NCBI GenBank assembly: GCA_965221075.1 | Contig: OZ244865.1 | Location: 2,164,126 to 2,228,125, forward strand | Length of the DNA stretch: 64,000 nt | Direction of reading: 5' to 3' | Origin: Limisphaerales bacterium | GTDB taxonomy: Bacteria > Verrucomicrobiota > Verrucomicrobiia > Limisphaerales > AAA164-E04 | Shown: positions 29,230 through 46,083 of the stretch, in pieces | How positions within the stretch are numbered: the first letter of the stretch is position 1 | Layout of the letters: every line of letters starts with the position of its first letter | The notes under the pieces: model-generated | What the model saw: only the letters and a program-made list of their open reading frames with translations | What the model was told of the DNA's origin: nothing | The model's database searches: none | Translations under genes and position numbers: made by a program

Positions 29230-29778
29230 CTATCCCTTGTCGATCTGCCAGTACTCCAGGTCCACCGGGGTGTTGCGCCCGAAGATGCTCACCACCACCC
29301 GGATCTTCCCCCGCTCCTTGTCGATCTCCTCGATCTCCCCGCTCAGGTTGAGGAAGGGGCCGTCGTTGATCTTCACCGTGTCGCCGATCTCGAACTTGAT
29401 CTTGGGCCGCTCCCGCTCGGCCGAGTCGGCGATCCGGCTGCGGATCAGCTCGACCTCCTCCTCGCTGGTGGGCAGGGGGTTGTCCCCGCCGATGAAGCCG
29501 ATGATCCCGGGGGTCTCCTGGATGAAGTGCCAGGGGCCGTCGTTGATGCGCCGGTCCTCGTCGAGCAGCTCCATCTCCACGAACACGTAGCCGGGGTAGA
29601 GCTTGCGCTTGGTGACCTTCTTCTTGCCGGCGCGGATCTCGGCCACGTTCTCCTCGGGGACCAGGACGTCCCCGATGCTCTCCTCCATGTCCTCGGGAAT
29701 CTTCCGCTTCTCGATGTTCTCCCTGACGTTCTTCTCCTGTCCGGTCAGGGTGCGCAGGACGAACCACTCCTTCTTCAC
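29230..29778 (-). CDS. nusG: transcription termination/antitermination factor NusG
   Basis: GTG (complement 29776-29778) directly after the secE stop gives 182 aa: (M)[24 protein letters not shown]...YPGYVFVEM...[43 protein letters not shown] (KOW domain). Confidence 0.93.
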   Translation of the reverse strand: MKKEWFVLRTLTGQEKNVRENIEKRKIPEDMEESIGDVLVPEENVAEIRAGKKKVTKRKLYPGYVFVEMELLDEDRRINDGPWHFIQETPGIIGFIGGDNPLPTSEEEVELIRSRIADSAERERPKIKFEIGDTVKINDGPFLNLSGEIEEIDKERGKIRVVVSIFGRNTPVDLEYWQIDKG

Positions 29779-29780
29779 GC

Positions 29781-30047
29781 CTAGTAGATGAGCCAGGTGA
29801 TCAGCCCGTGGAAGACCGTGTCCCACAGCACCACCACCAGCCCCAGCAGGGCGGTGGCCAGGATCACCAGCACCGTGGAGCCCTTCAGCTCCTGGGTCGT
29901 GGGCCAGGAGCACTTCCTGAGCTCGGCCTTGGTCGACTCCACGAACATCCTGAGGCGCAGCAGGTGGCCCCTCCACCACAGGAAGGCGAAGAGCGCTCCG
30001 GCCGCCGCCAGCCAGACCAGGTAGTTGATCGACAGCCACTCGTTCAC
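29781..30047 (-). CDS. secE: preprotein translocase subunit SecE
   Basis: C-terminal part VESTKAELRKCSWPTTQELKGSTVLVILATALLGLVVVLWD is canonical SecE. The track start is a GTG. The internal ATG at 29948 (MFVESTK...) would give the minimal one-TM form, so the start is uncertain. Confidence 0.85.
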   Translation of the reverse strand: MNEWLSINYLVWLAAAGALFAFLWWRGHLLRLRMFVESTKAELRKCSWPTTQELKGSTVLVILATALLGLVVVLWDTVFHGLITWLIY

Positions 30048-30075
30048 AGGCGCGGGAGGGAGCGGACCGGAGGGA

Positions 30076-30163
30076 TGGCGGAGGGAGGGGGATTCGAACC
30101 CCCGGAGGATCTCTCCTCAGCGGTTTTCAAAACCGCCGCAATCGACCGCTCTGCCATCCCTCC
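30076..30163 (-). tRNA. tRNA-Ser (anticodon UGA), CCA encoded
   Basis: Hand-folded: GGAGGGA-TG-GCA-GAGCGGTCGAT-TGC-G-GCGGT-TTTGAAA-ACCGC-long variable arm (GAGGA/TCCTC)-GGGGG-TTCGAAT-CCCCC-TCCCTCC-G-CCA; 88 nt. Confidence 0.9.
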
Positions 30164-30183
30164 GTCCGGACCCGGGGCCCAGA

Positions 30184-30259
30184 TGGCAGGACGAGAGGGA
30201 CTCGAACCCCCAACCGACGGTTTTGGAGACCGTTGCTCTACCAGTTGAGCTACCGTCCT
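30184..30259 (-). tRNA. tRNA-Trp (anticodon CCA), CCA encoded
   Basis: Hand-folded, 76 nt: AGGACGG-TA-GCTC-AACTGGTA-GAGC-A-ACGGT-CTCCAAA-ACCGT-CGGTT-GGGGG-TTCGAGT-CCCTC-TCGTCCT-G-CCA. Canonical position between tuf and secE. Confidence 0.92.
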
Positions 30260-30275
30260 GCAGGCTCGCTCTGGG

Positions 30276-31466
30276 CTATTCGACGATGTCACTGATCCGG
30301 CCGGCCCCGATGGTGCGGCCTCCCTCGCGGATGGCGAAACGCTGCCCCTTCTCCATGGCCACCGGGGTGATCAGCTCGACGTCCACCGAGACGTTGTCCC
30401 CGGGCATCACCATCTCCACCCCCTCGGGCAGGGTGACCGTCCCGGTGACGTCGCTGGTGCGGAAGTAGAACTGGGGGCGGTACTTGGTGAAGAACGGGGT
30501 GTGGCGCCCCCCCTCCTCCTTGGAGAGCACGTAGACCTCGGCCTTGAACTTCATGTGGGGAGTGATGGTCCCGGGCCGGGCCAGCACCTGGCCCCGCTCC
30601 ACCTCGTCCTTCTTGACGCCGCGCAGGAGCACCCCCACGTTGTCCCCGGCCTTGGCGCTGTCGAGCAGCTTGCGGAACATCTCGATGTCGGTGGCGGTGG
30701 TCTTGCGGGTGTCCCGCAGGCCCACGATCTCCACCTCGCTCATCTTCTTGAGCTCGCCCCGCTCCACCCTTCCGGTCACCACCGTGCCGCGTCCCTCGAT
30801 GTTGAACACGTCCTCGATGCACATCAGGAAGGGCTTGTCCACGTCGCGCTCGGGCAGGGGGATGTGCTCGTCGATGGCCTCGAGCAGGTCGCCGATGGCC
30901 TTCTCGCCCGCGGGGTCGCCCTCCATGGCCTTGGTGGCGCTGCCCCGGATGATGCTGGCGTCGTCGCCGGGGAACTGGTACTTGCCGAGCAGGTCCCTCA
31001 CCTCCATCTCCACCAGCTCAAGCAGCTCCTCGTCGTCGACCAGATCGACCTTGTTGAGGTAGACCACGATGGCGGGCACCCCCACCTGGCGGGCCAGCAG
31101 GATGTGCTCCCGGGTCTGGGGCATGGGGCCGTCGGCGGCGCTGACCACCAGGATGGCGCCGTCCATCTGGGCGGCGCCGGTGATCATGTTCTTCACGTAG
31201 TCGGCGTGCCCCGGGCAGTCGACATGGGCGTAGTGCCGCTTCTCCGACTCGTACTCCACGTGGGAGACCGCGATGGTCACCGTCTTGGACTCGTCGCGCA
31301 CCGTCCCCCCCTTGGTGATGTCCGCGTAGGAGATCTGCTCGGCCAGCTGCTTCCTGGCCTGCACCGCCACGATCGCCGCCGTCAGGGTGGACTTGCCGTG
31401 ATCGACGTGGCCGATGGTTCCCACGTTGACGTGCGGCTTGGTCCTCTGAAATGCTTCCTTTGCCAT
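30276..31466 (-). CDS. tuf: translation elongation factor Tu
   Basis: 396 aa. [32 protein letters not shown]...[26 protein letters not shown]... Confidence 0.98.
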   Translation of the reverse strand: MAKEAFQRTKPHVNVGTIGHVDHGKSTLTAAIVAVQARKQLAEQISYADITKGGTVRDESKTVTIAVSHVEYESEKRHYAHVDCPGHADYVKNMITGAAQMDGAILVVSAADGPMPQTREHILLARQVGVPAIVVYLNKVDLVDDEELLELVEMEVRDLLGKYQFPGDDASIIRGSATKAMEGDPAGEKAIGDLLEAIDEHIPLPERDVDKPFLMCIEDVFNIEGRGTVVTGRVERGELKKMSEVEIVGLRDTRKTTATDIEMFRKLLDSAKAGDNVGVLLRGVKKDEVERGQVLARPGTITPHMKFKAEVYVLSKEEGGRHTPFFTKYRPQFYFRTSDVTGTVTLPEGVEMVMPGDNVSVDVELITPVAMEKGQRFAIREGGRTIGAGRISDIVE

Positions 31467-31522
31467 TCGAAACTAGCGTCTGTTCCTAGCGTCCCTCTGA
31501 TTCCGTGCCGGCTCCGCGCCGC

Positions 31523-31598
31523 TGGAGCCCATGACCAGGCTCGAACTGGTGACCTCATCCTTACCAAGGATGTGCTCTACCGACTGAGCTACATGGGC
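31523..31598 (-). tRNA. tRNA-Thr (anticodon GGU), CCA encoded
   Basis: Hand-folded, 76 nt: GCCCATG-TA-GCTC-AGTCGGTA-GAGC-A-CATCC-TTGGTAA-GGATG-AGGTC-ACCAG-TTCGAGC-CTGGT-CATGGGC-T-CCA. Canonical position upstream of tuf. Confidence 0.92.
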
Positions 31599-31749
31599 CC
31601 GTCCCAGCGGCCTGGAGGCAGGTCCGGGCCGACGGGCCGAAGGGGCTTCCGCCCGCCGGAGCAAGGAGGCGCGCCCGCCTGCTCCGGAAGGCGGCAGCAG
31701 AGCTGAAAGCGGCGGCCCGCCAGGACCCGGTCCCGAAACCGGAGGGGGG

Positions 31750-31806
31750 ACTGTGGGGTTGCGGCATCGCGAAGTCAAATCCTTTTCCAGTTTTTTTTCG
31801 AAAAAA
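31750..31806 (-). promoter_or_regulatory. candidate promoter with an A/T-rich UP-like element for tRNA-Thr/tuf
   Basis: Coding strand: 28-nt A/T-rich block containing the palindrome TTTTTTCGAAAAAA (31779-31806), then TTGACT (31778-31773), 17-nt spacer, CACAGT (31755-31750). It is the only strongly A/T-rich patch in this GC-rich region. It may also serve as the terminator of the upstream EamA gene. Confidence 0.35.
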
Positions 31807-31830
31807 GCCGCAGGAGGCCGCCGTCCGGGG

Positions 31831-32760
31831 CTATCCCAGGACGATGGCGACGACCCCGCCGACGGCCAGGATCCCCCCCAGCCAGGCGCGCGCGCCCGGC
31901 CGGTCCCCTTCGGCCCAGGCGGCCATCGGTATGACCGCCAGCGGGGTGGTGGCCACGATGGCGAGGACGATCCCGCTGGGCTGGGTCATCAGGGCCCACT
32001 GGAAGCAGGCCACCCCCAGGGTGGGTCCCGCCAGCCCGGTGGTGGCGATCCATCCGGCCGCCGCGGCGGTCATCGGCCGCCCCGGGCGGCGCGCCCTCAG
32101 CCAGAGGAAGGCCAGAAGGCCCACCAGCAGGCCTCCCACGATGCGCTGGTAGGCGACGGTGATCCCGTCCAGCTCCAGGCCGGCCTCTCCGTTGACCCGG
32201 TAGCCCCAGCGGCTGAGGACCGCTCCCAGCCCCTGGCCCGCCGCCGCCAGCGTCCCCCAGAGGCACCCGGCGGCCAGGGAGCGCCGGTCCAGGTGGCCGG
32301 TCTCCGAGGGGGCCAGGGCCATCCCCACCCCCAGGAGGACGGCGGCCCCCCCGAGGGCGTCGAGCCAGGGGATGGCGCTCCCCAGGAAGACCCACTCGCT
32401 CCAGGCGGCGATGGGCGCGGCCAGGCAGTGGACCAGAAGCAGGGTCAGGCGGGAGCCCAGCCGGGGGTAGCTCAGGTAGAGGGCCACGTCGCCGATCCCC
32501 AGCCCGATCAGGCCGCTGAGCAGGAAGATCCACAGGGCGGGGCCCTCCAGCCCCCCGCCCCAGACGTGGGCCCACAGGGCCAGCAGGAGCGTGGAGAGGA
32601 GCAGGCGCCAGTGGTTGGCCTCCACGCTGCCCACCAGCCGGGCGGCGCGGTTGGCGGAGACCGCCGAGAGGGAGAACAGGAAGGTGGTGAGGATGGCGGC
32701 GGTCATGGCGCCCCGTGGACAGCTGCGCCGGCGGCTTCCGCCCCGCTGCCGGATTGACAT
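31831..32760 (-). CDS. EamA/DMT-superfamily transporter
   Basis: 309 aa, about 10 hydrophobic helices with two-fold internal similarity typical of EamA-domain permeases. The start could be the second ATG at 32706 (MTAAILTT...). Confidence 0.75.
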   Translation of the reverse strand: MSIRQRGGSRRRSCPRGAMTAAILTTFLFSLSAVSANRAARLVGSVEANHWRLLLSTLLLALWAHVWGGGLEGPALWIFLLSGLIGLGIGDVALYLSYPRLGSRLTLLLVHCLAAPIAAWSEWVFLGSAIPWLDALGGAAVLLGVGMALAPSETGHLDRRSLAAGCLWGTLAAAGQGLGAVLSRWGYRVNGEAGLELDGITVAYQRIVGGLLVGLLAFLWLRARRPGRPMTAAAAGWIATTGLAGPTLGVACFQWALMTQPSGIVLAIVATTPLAVIPMAAWAEGDRPGARAWLGGILAVGGVVAIVLG

Positions 32761-32899
32761 CCCGCCCCCGCCGCCCTAGCATTGGATCCCGGCGCGTGGG
32801 GGCAGCGCTTCCGGCCCGCTGTCCGGCCCGTCGGCTGAGCGATCTCCCGCCGGCGGAAGGGAACGCTGCCAGAGAGAGACCCTAGACTCCACATCTTAT

Positions 32900-38479
<5,580 letters not shown>

Positions 38480-38498
38480 ACCGCTGACTGAAAGGACC

Positions 38499-39059
38499 AT
38501 GCCAAGAGACGTCATTCTGAAGGAGGCCGAGGCCAAGATGCGGAAGAGCGAGGAGGTGGTGACCCACGAGTTCGCCGGCATCCGCACCGGCAAGGCTTCG
38601 CCCGCCCTGATCGAGAACGTGCTGGTGGACGTCTACGGGCAGCAGATGCGGATCCGGGAGCTGGCGGGGATCACCACGCCCCAGCCCCGCACCCTGCTGG
38701 TCCAGCCCTGGGATCTCGGAACCCTCGCCCAGATCGAGAAGGCCATCCAGAAGGCCAACCTGGGCCTCAATCCCGCGGTCGACAAGAAGTTCATTCGCAT
38801 CGTGCTCCCCGAGCTGAGCGAGGAGCGCCGCAAGGAATTCTCCCGGGTGGTGCGCAAGATGGCGGAGGACGGAAAGGTGGCCGTCCGCCATGTCCGCCGC
38901 GAGGCCATGGAGCACCTCAAGAACGAGACCAAGTCCGGCGCCATCACCGAGGACGATCGCTCGGCGGGAGAGCGCGAGATCCAGAAGCTGACCGACCGCT
39001 ATGTGGGCCGCATCGACGACCATATGAAGAAGAAGGAGAAGGACATCATGACCCTGTAG
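38499..39059 (+). CDS. frr: ribosome recycling factor
   Basis: 186 aa. ...FAGIRTGKASPALIENVLVDVYGQQMRIRELAGITTPQPRTLLVQPWD...LGLNPAVDKKFIRIVLPELSEERRKEF. Confidence 0.96.
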   Translation: MPRDVILKEAEAKMRKSEEVVTHEFAGIRTGKASPALIENVLVDVYGQQMRIRELAGITTPQPRTLLVQPWDLGTLAQIEKAIQKANLGLNPAVDKKFIRIVLPELSEERRKEFSRVVRKMAEDGKVAVRHVRREAMEHLKNETKSGAITEDDRSAGEREIQKLTDRYVGRIDDHMKKKEKDIMTL

Positions 39060-39117
39060 CGGGGGGATCCCCCCGCCAGGGCCCGCCCTGGATCCCGGGC
39101 CGCGGCTTCCGGGATCC
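39059..39117. terminator. cluster of three GC-rich palindromic hairpins at the frr / ftsB-like convergent junction
   Basis: GCGGGGGGATCCCCCCGC (39059-39076, perfect 18-nt palindrome overlapping the frr stop). CAGGG-CCCG-CCCTG (39077-39090). GGATCCCGG-10 nt-CCGGGATCC (39090-39117). Confidence 0.5.
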
Positions 39118-39308
39118 GGAGGCTCCCCCCGGATCCCGCATGGCCGCCCTGCGCGGCACGTCCCGGCTCCGGCGGCCCGGGCGAAGCCGCTATGCCGGCC
39201 GGCGAGGGGCCGGCCCCTCCGCCTCGGCGCGCTGCTGCAGCCCGGAGGGAATGTCCTGCCAGGGCCGGGAATTCCAGGCGATCGGCGGGATGCCCGCCCC
39301 GGCCCGGC

Positions 39309-39605
39309 TCAGGGCTCGAAGCGCACCACCGTCTCTCCCGGACGGGCCAGCATGAGCACCTCCCGTGCCAGCCTCTCCACGGTATTGGTGTCGTTGAGGA
39401 GGTCGTGGAGATCCTGCTCCAGCTCCTCGCCGATCCGCCTCTCCTGCTCCACCCGCTTCTCCAGGGCCAGGATCTCGCGCCTCAGCTCCTCGTTCTTGCG
39501 GGCGGCCGGCATGTACCAGAAGGACACCATCAGGTAGCTGGCCACCGCCAGCGCCGACATCGAGAGCAGCGTGGGAAGGAAGGGGATTCTAGCCGGTTGC
39601 TTCAT
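39309..39605 (-). CDS. ftsB: septum-formation initiator (FtsB/DivIC-like) protein
   Basis: 98 aa: one N-terminal TM helix, a coiled-coil (RKNEELRREILALEKRVEQE) and a C-terminal VERLAREVLMLARPGETVVRF typical of the family. Confidence 0.7.
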   Translation of the reverse strand: MKQPARIPFLPTLLSMSALAVASYLMVSFWYMPAARKNEELRREILALEKRVEQERRIGEELEQDLHDLLNDTNTVERLAREVLMLARPGETVVRFEP

Positions 39606-39614
39606 GGCTGCGCA

Positions 39615-41201
39615 TCAGTCGTTCCTCGAATTTCCGCCAAAGAGCCTTCTCGCCAGGGAGGAGGCCAGGGACAGGGACTCCTGCGCCGAGCCCACCCTCC
39701 ACCACAGGGAGAGCCCCAGGTAGAGGACGCCTCCCAGGATCAGGGGAGCGAACACCCCCGCCAGCCTGGCCGAGAGGGCCTCGTGCCCCATCCATCCCTC
39801 GATCCACCGGTGGCATCCCCACGCCAGGCACCCGGCCGCAGCGGCGGCGGCCAGCACCGCTCCCAGGGATCCCAGCATGTCGCGGTAGCTGAGCTGGGGC
39901 AGCCTGCGCCTCAGTCCCAGGGCCAGCAGGCAGAGGTTGAGCATGGAGGAGATCGTGTTGGCTATCCCCAGCCCACCCTCCTCCAGGTAGGGCACCAGGG
40001 GGATCGCCAGGGCGGCGTTGGCCGCGAAGCAGTACACGCTGTAGCGCATCGGGGTCTTCACGTCCCCCATCGCGAAGTAGGCTCGGGCGGCGACGTTGAC
40101 CAGGGAGAAGGAGACCAGCCCCGGCACCAGGCAGCGAAGGGCGAAGCGGCAGCGCTCGGTCGAGGTTTCGTCGAACTCCCCGTACTGGAAGAGGAGCCGC
40201 ACGATCGGCTCCGCCAGGACGAAGAGCATCGAAGCCGCCAGGCAGTTGGCGAAGATCACATGCCCCATCCCCTCCTTGAGCGTCCGGCAGAACTCGGGAT
40301 ACCGGTTCCTGGCCGCCAGGCCGCTCAGGGCGGTGAGCATGAAGGTGGCCAGGGAGATGCCGATCACCCCCTGGGGTAGCTCCATCAGGCGCACCGCGTA
40401 CTCGTAGGAGGCCACGATGTGGTCTTCCTGCCGGAAGGCGATCCACTGGGTGAACACCACGTTGATCTGGAAGGCGGCCACGCCGACGATCCCGGCCGCC
40501 ATCCTGCGGGAGATCTCCCCCACCGACGGGTGGCGCCAGGGAGCCGTGAACCGGGGACGGAAGCCCTCCCTCGCCAGCAGCGGAAGCTGGAAGACCATCT
40601 GGACGAGACCGGCCAGCAGCACTCCAGCCACCAGGCCGAAGATCTGGTCCTCCAGCCTCGTTCCCATGAGCGGGGCCAGGACCAGCACCGCAGCGATGGC
40701 GATCACGTTGAGCATGGTCGCGCCGAGGGCTGGGACGAAGAAGTGGCCCCGGACATTGCAGATGCCCATCAGCACCGCCGCCAGGCACACCATCAGCACA
40801 TAGGGGGACATCAGGCGCAGCAGCTCGAAGAAGAGGCGGTTCCGCTCGGTCATCCCCTCCCCGAGCCAGAGAGCCAGGGAGCAGATCCCGGCCAGGAGAA
40901 GCACCGAGGCGCTGCAAAGGCAGAAGATCAGCGACAGGGCGGCGCTGGCCGCCTGCCACATGGAATCCCGGCCCTGGCGCACCTCGGTCTCCTTGAGGAT
41001 GGGGACCAGGGCCGCCGAAAGGGCCCCCTCCCCGAGCAGCCGGCGGAACAGGTTGGGGATCTGGAACGCGAAGTAGAAGGCGCTGGCGACCCAGGTGTCC
41101 CCCATGAAGCGGGCGTAGATCATCACCCGGACCATGCCCAGTATCCGGCTCAGCATGGTGGCGGCCCCCAGGGAGCCGCTCGCTTTGAGCATTCTGGACA
41201 C
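39615..41201 (-). CDS. murJ: lipid II flippase MurJ
   Basis: 528 aa polytopic. ...AATMLSRILGMVRVMIYARFMGDTWVASAFYFAFQIPNLFRRLLGEGALSAALVPIL. GTG start; the ATG three codons downstream is also possible. Confidence 0.92.
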   Translation of the reverse strand: MSRMLKASGSLGAATMLSRILGMVRVMIYARFMGDTWVASAFYFAFQIPNLFRRLLGEGALSAALVPILKETEVRQGRDSMWQAASAALSLIFCLCSASVLLLAGICSLALWLGEGMTERNRLFFELLRLMSPYVLMVCLAAVLMGICNVRGHFFVPALGATMLNVIAIAAVLVLAPLMGTRLEDQIFGLVAGVLLAGLVQMVFQLPLLAREGFRPRFTAPWRHPSVGEISRRMAAGIVGVAAFQINVVFTQWIAFRQEDHIVASYEYAVRLMELPQGVIGISLATFMLTALSGLAARNRYPEFCRTLKEGMGHVIFANCLAASMLFVLAEPIVRLLFQYGEFDETSTERCRFALRCLVPGLVSFSLVNVAARAYFAMGDVKTPMRYSVYCFAANAALAIPLVPYLEEGGLGIANTISSMLNLCLLALGLRRRLPQLSYRDMLGSLGAVLAAAAAAGCLAWGCHRWIEGWMGHEALSARLAGVFAPLILGGVLYLGLSLWWRVGSAQESLSLASSLARRLFGGNSRND

Positions 41202-41212
41202 GCCGCGACGCC

Positions 41213-41776
41213 CTAGCCCGCCTTCCGCAGATAGCGCTCGACCCGGAACTCCTCATGCTCCAGCAGCACCTCGGCGAGCTCGAATCCATCCAGGGAGGGG
41301 AGGAAGCGGTCCCCCTCCACGTCGAGAAAGACTCGGGAGCAGAACAGCTCGGAGCACCGGGGAAGCAGCTGGCGGTAGATCTCGGCTCCGCCGCAGACGA
41401 AGATCCGGGGCGGACCCTCTGACCAGCTCTCCAGCCAGTCCTCCAGGTTCGAGAGGGAGGAGAGCAGGTAGTCCTGCTTCCTGCCGGGAGGCTCCCTCCC
41501 CTCGGGGCTCCATGGACGGAATCCCTCGAAGCCCGGGGATGTCGGCCGCTCCTGCTGCGCGGCTCTGCGGGAAAGCACCAGGTGGGTGCGCCCGTCCAGG
41601 CTCCGGGGCAGGCCCAGGTAGGTGGAGCGCCCCATCAGCACATGGCTCCCCATGGTCTTGCGGCGGAACCAGCGCAGCTCGTCGGGAATGTTCCACGGGA
41701 TCCCTCCCTTCCGGCCGATCACGCCGTTGCCGGAGACGGCGGCAATGGCATGGAAGCAAGATCGTGCCCCTGGCAT
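41213..41776 (-). CDS. folA: dihydrofolate reductase
   Basis: IAAVSGNGVIGRKGGIPWNIPDELRWFRRKTMGSHVLMGRSTY...IFVCGGAEIY. Lies downstream of thyA. Confidence 0.88.
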   Translation of the reverse strand: MPGARSCFHAIAAVSGNGVIGRKGGIPWNIPDELRWFRRKTMGSHVLMGRSTYLGLPRSLDGRTHLVLSRRAAQQERPTSPGFEGFRPWSPEGREPPGRKQDYLLSSLSNLEDWLESWSEGPPRIFVCGGAEIYRQLLPRCSELFCSRVFLDVEGDRFLPSLDGFELAEVLLEHEEFRVERYLRKAG

Positions 41777-41891
41777 CGGTGTCGAGGATCGCTGCGGGCC
41801 CCATGCCCACGGCCTACCCTACCCCATTACCACGGCGCTTTCCCCCTGCGTCGCCGGCAAAATGGCGGGGAAGCGGCCCTCGGGCCCGGAT

Positions 41892-42686
41892 TCAGACCGC
41901 CACCCGGGCGGCGATGTGGGGATGGGGATGGTAGCCCTCCAGGGAGATGTCCTCGGCAGAGAAGGCGTGGATGTCCTCCACCCCGGGGTTGAGACGCAGG
42001 ACGGGCAGATCCTTCGGAGCGCGCCGGAGCTGGAGCCGGGCCTGCTCCCGGTGGTTCCGGTAGAGATGCAGGTCGCCGAAGGTGTGGATGAATTCCGCCG
42101 GCCTCAGCCCGCACACCTGGGCCACCATCATGGTCAGGAGGGCGTAGGAGGCGATGTTGAAGGGCACTCCCAGGAAGATGTCGGCGCTGCGCTGGTAGAG
42201 CTGGCAGCTCAGCTCGCCGCGATGCACGTAGAACTGGAACAGGCAGTGGCAGGGAGGCAGGGCCATCCCGTCGATCTCGCCGGGATTCCAGGCCGAGACG
42301 ATGTGCCTCCTGCTCTCGGGCCGCCGGCGGATCTGATCGATCACCCGGTCGATCTGGTGGATGGAGCCGCCCCCTCCGCTCTTCCAGTCGCACCACTGGG
42401 CTCCGTAGATCCTCCCCAGATCCCCGTTCTCGTCGGCCCACTCGTCCCAGATCCGGACCCCATGCGCCTTCAGGTAGGCGACGTTGGTGTCTCCCCTGAG
42501 GAACCAGAGCAGCTCGTGGACGATGGAATGGAAGTGGAGCTTCTTGGTGGTCAGCAGGGGGAAGCCCTCCCGCAGGCTGTAGCGGACCTGGGCCCCGAAC
42601 ACCGACCAGGTGCCCACCCCGGTGCGATCCTCCCTTTCCTGTCCCTCGTCCAGGACGGTCCGGAGCAATCCCAGGTACTGCTTCAT
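41892..42686 (-). CDS. thyA: thymidylate synthase (ThyA type)
   Basis: [65 protein letters not shown]...[13 protein letters not shown]...[27 protein letters not shown]. Confidence 0.97.
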   Translation of the reverse strand: MKQYLGLLRTVLDEGQEREDRTGVGTWSVFGAQVRYSLREGFPLLTTKKLHFHSIVHELLWFLRGDTNVAYLKAHGVRIWDEWADENGDLGRIYGAQWCDWKSGGGGSIHQIDRVIDQIRRRPESRRHIVSAWNPGEIDGMALPPCHCLFQFYVHRGELSCQLYQRSADIFLGVPFNIASYALLTMMVAQVCGLRPAEFIHTFGDLHLYRNHREQARLQLRRAPKDLPVLRLNPGVEDIHAFSAEDISLEGYHPHPHIAARVAV

Positions 42687-42817
42687 GGCAGGGCCGGAGC
42701 GCCGGCGCCCGGCTCAGGCGAGGACCGGGCGCCCGGAGCCCCGATTCAATCCCTCCCGGGCGCCGGGATCGATCCATTTTTCCCTGCCAGAGCCCCCCGC
42801 CGCCCTAGAATCCCCCC

Positions 42818-43330
42818 ATGAGGCCCCTGCCCCGCTCCCGTTCCTGCTTCGCCTGCGGCAGGCGCAATCCCCACGGGCTGCACCTGTCCTTCGAGACCGA
42901 CGGAACCGTCGTCTCCACCGCCTGGACTCCCCAGCCGCACCACTCGGGCTTCATCGACACCGTGCACGGCGGAGTCCTGGCCACCGTGCTGGACGAGATC
43001 ATGGCGTGGACCTGCGGCGCGGTCGGTGGCCGCTTCGCCTACTCGGTGGAGATCGGCCTGCGCTTCTCGAATCCCCTGCGTCCCGGCACGCCGACCCGGG
43101 GGACGGGGAGGATCCGGGAGAGCCGGGGGAGCAGGATCTTCCGCGCCGAGGCCACCCTCGTGGCCGCGGCCGGCGAGATCGCCTCGGCGAAGGGCACCTA
43201 CCTGGCCATCCCCCGCAAGGAGGAGGCGCGCCTGCGGGACGAGCTGGACGAGGAGGAAAGGGAGCTATGGGAAAGGATGAGGCAGGAAGGGAGCGGGGAT
43301 TGCCAGGCAGGAGGCTCTCTGCCACCCTGA
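42818..43330 (+). CDS. PaaI-family (hotdog-fold) thioesterase
   Basis: 170 aa. CFACGRRNPHGLHLSF...HHSGFIDTVHGGVLATVLDEIMAW is typical of PaaI/4HBT hotdog thioesterases. Confidence 0.75.
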   Translation: MRPLPRSRSCFACGRRNPHGLHLSFETDGTVVSTAWTPQPHHSGFIDTVHGGVLATVLDEIMAWTCGAVGGRFAYSVEIGLRFSNPLRPGTPTRGTGRIRESRGSRIFRAEATLVAAAGEIASAKGTYLAIPRKEEARLRDELDEEERELWERMRQEGSGDCQAGGSLPP

Positions 43331-43341
43331 GGCCCCTTCCC

Positions 43342-45093
<1,752 letters not shown>

Positions 45094-45321
45094 ACTCCGC
45101 TTCCACGGAGCCTTTCTCCGGCAGCGCCCGAAGCAGGGCGGCACGGAGCGGCCGAAGCGGAGAGCGATCCGGAAGGTGCGTGGGCCGGAATCCACGGCCC
45201 CGCCGAAGGTCCGCAGCAGAAGGGATTCCCGGCCAGGGAGGTCCAGGCCTCCGTGGACCGGCCGCCCGGCGCCCTTCCATCCGATCCGCCCTCCATGCAG
45301 GATCCATGCTCCGGGAGCCGG

Positions 45322-46083
45322 TCACTTCCCCGCGCTCCATCCGCCGTCGATGCAGAAGGCGGTGCCGGTGACGAAGGCCGAGGCGTCCGAGGCCAGGTAG
45401 AGGGCGGCGTCGGCGATCTCCTCGGGAGTGCCCATGCGCCCCAGAGCCTGGGTGGAGGCCATTTCCTCGCGCGCGGCCTGGGGATCGGGATACTCCCCGA
45501 GCCTCTCTGCCACGAACGGGGTCTCCACCCGGCCGGGGCAGATGGCGTTGCAGCGGATGCCCTGCCTGGCGTGATCCAGGGCCAGGCTCTTGGTCAGGCC
45601 CACCACCGCGAACTTGGTGGTGCAGTAGGCCAGCCGGTCCCGTACCCCCACCACGCCTCCGATCGAGGCCAGGTTCACGATGTTTCCCGATCCCGCCTCG
45701 ATCATCGAGGGGAGGAAGGCCCGGCATAGGTTGAAGACGCCCCGGACGTTGACCCGGTAGAGGCGGTCGAGGTCCTCGGACTCGGTCTGCAGCAGGGTGC
45801 CGACATGGCCGATGCCGGCGTTGTTGACCAGAACCTGCAGGGGCCCCTCCCCGAGGACCTCGTCGGCGCAGCCGCGGCAGGCCCCGGGATCGGAGACGTC
45901 CAGGGCCAGGGAGCTCGCGCTCGGGCCGAGCTCGCGGCAGACCCGGGCGGCTCCCTCCGCGTCCCGATCCACCAGCACCACCCGTGCGCCCGCTCCGACG
46001 AAGATCCGGGCGATGGCCTCGCCGATCCCCCGGGCCGCTCCGGTGACCAGGGCCCTCCTGCCCCGGAGTTCGAGGCCGGCCAC
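45322..46083 (-). CDS. SDR-family oxidoreductase
   Basis: 253 aa, GTG start. TGAARGIGEAIA, NNAGI and the Y-x3-K motif (YCTTKFAV). The start codon directly abuts the TAG of the upstream gene, with GGAGGAG just upstream. Confidence 0.9.
   Translation of the reverse strand: MAGLELRGRRALVTGAARGIGEAIARIFVGAGARVVLVDRDAEGAARVCRELGPSASSLALDVSDPGACRGCADEVLGEGPLQVLVNNAGIGHVGTLLQTESEDLDRLYRVNVRGVFNLCRAFLPSMIEAGSGNIVNLASIGGVVGVRDRLAYCTTKFAVVGLTKSLALDHARQGIRCNAICPGRVETPFVAERLGEYPDPQAAREEMASTQALGRMGTPEEIADAALYLASDASAFVTGTAFCIDGGWSAGK

Noticed and set aside
39140-39355. Small ORFs in the frr / ftsB-like convergent spacer (39140..39355, start of 39192..40379)
   Set aside because: Arg/Pro/Ala-rich with no start context. 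They overlap the well-supported ftsB-like and murJ genes in antisense.
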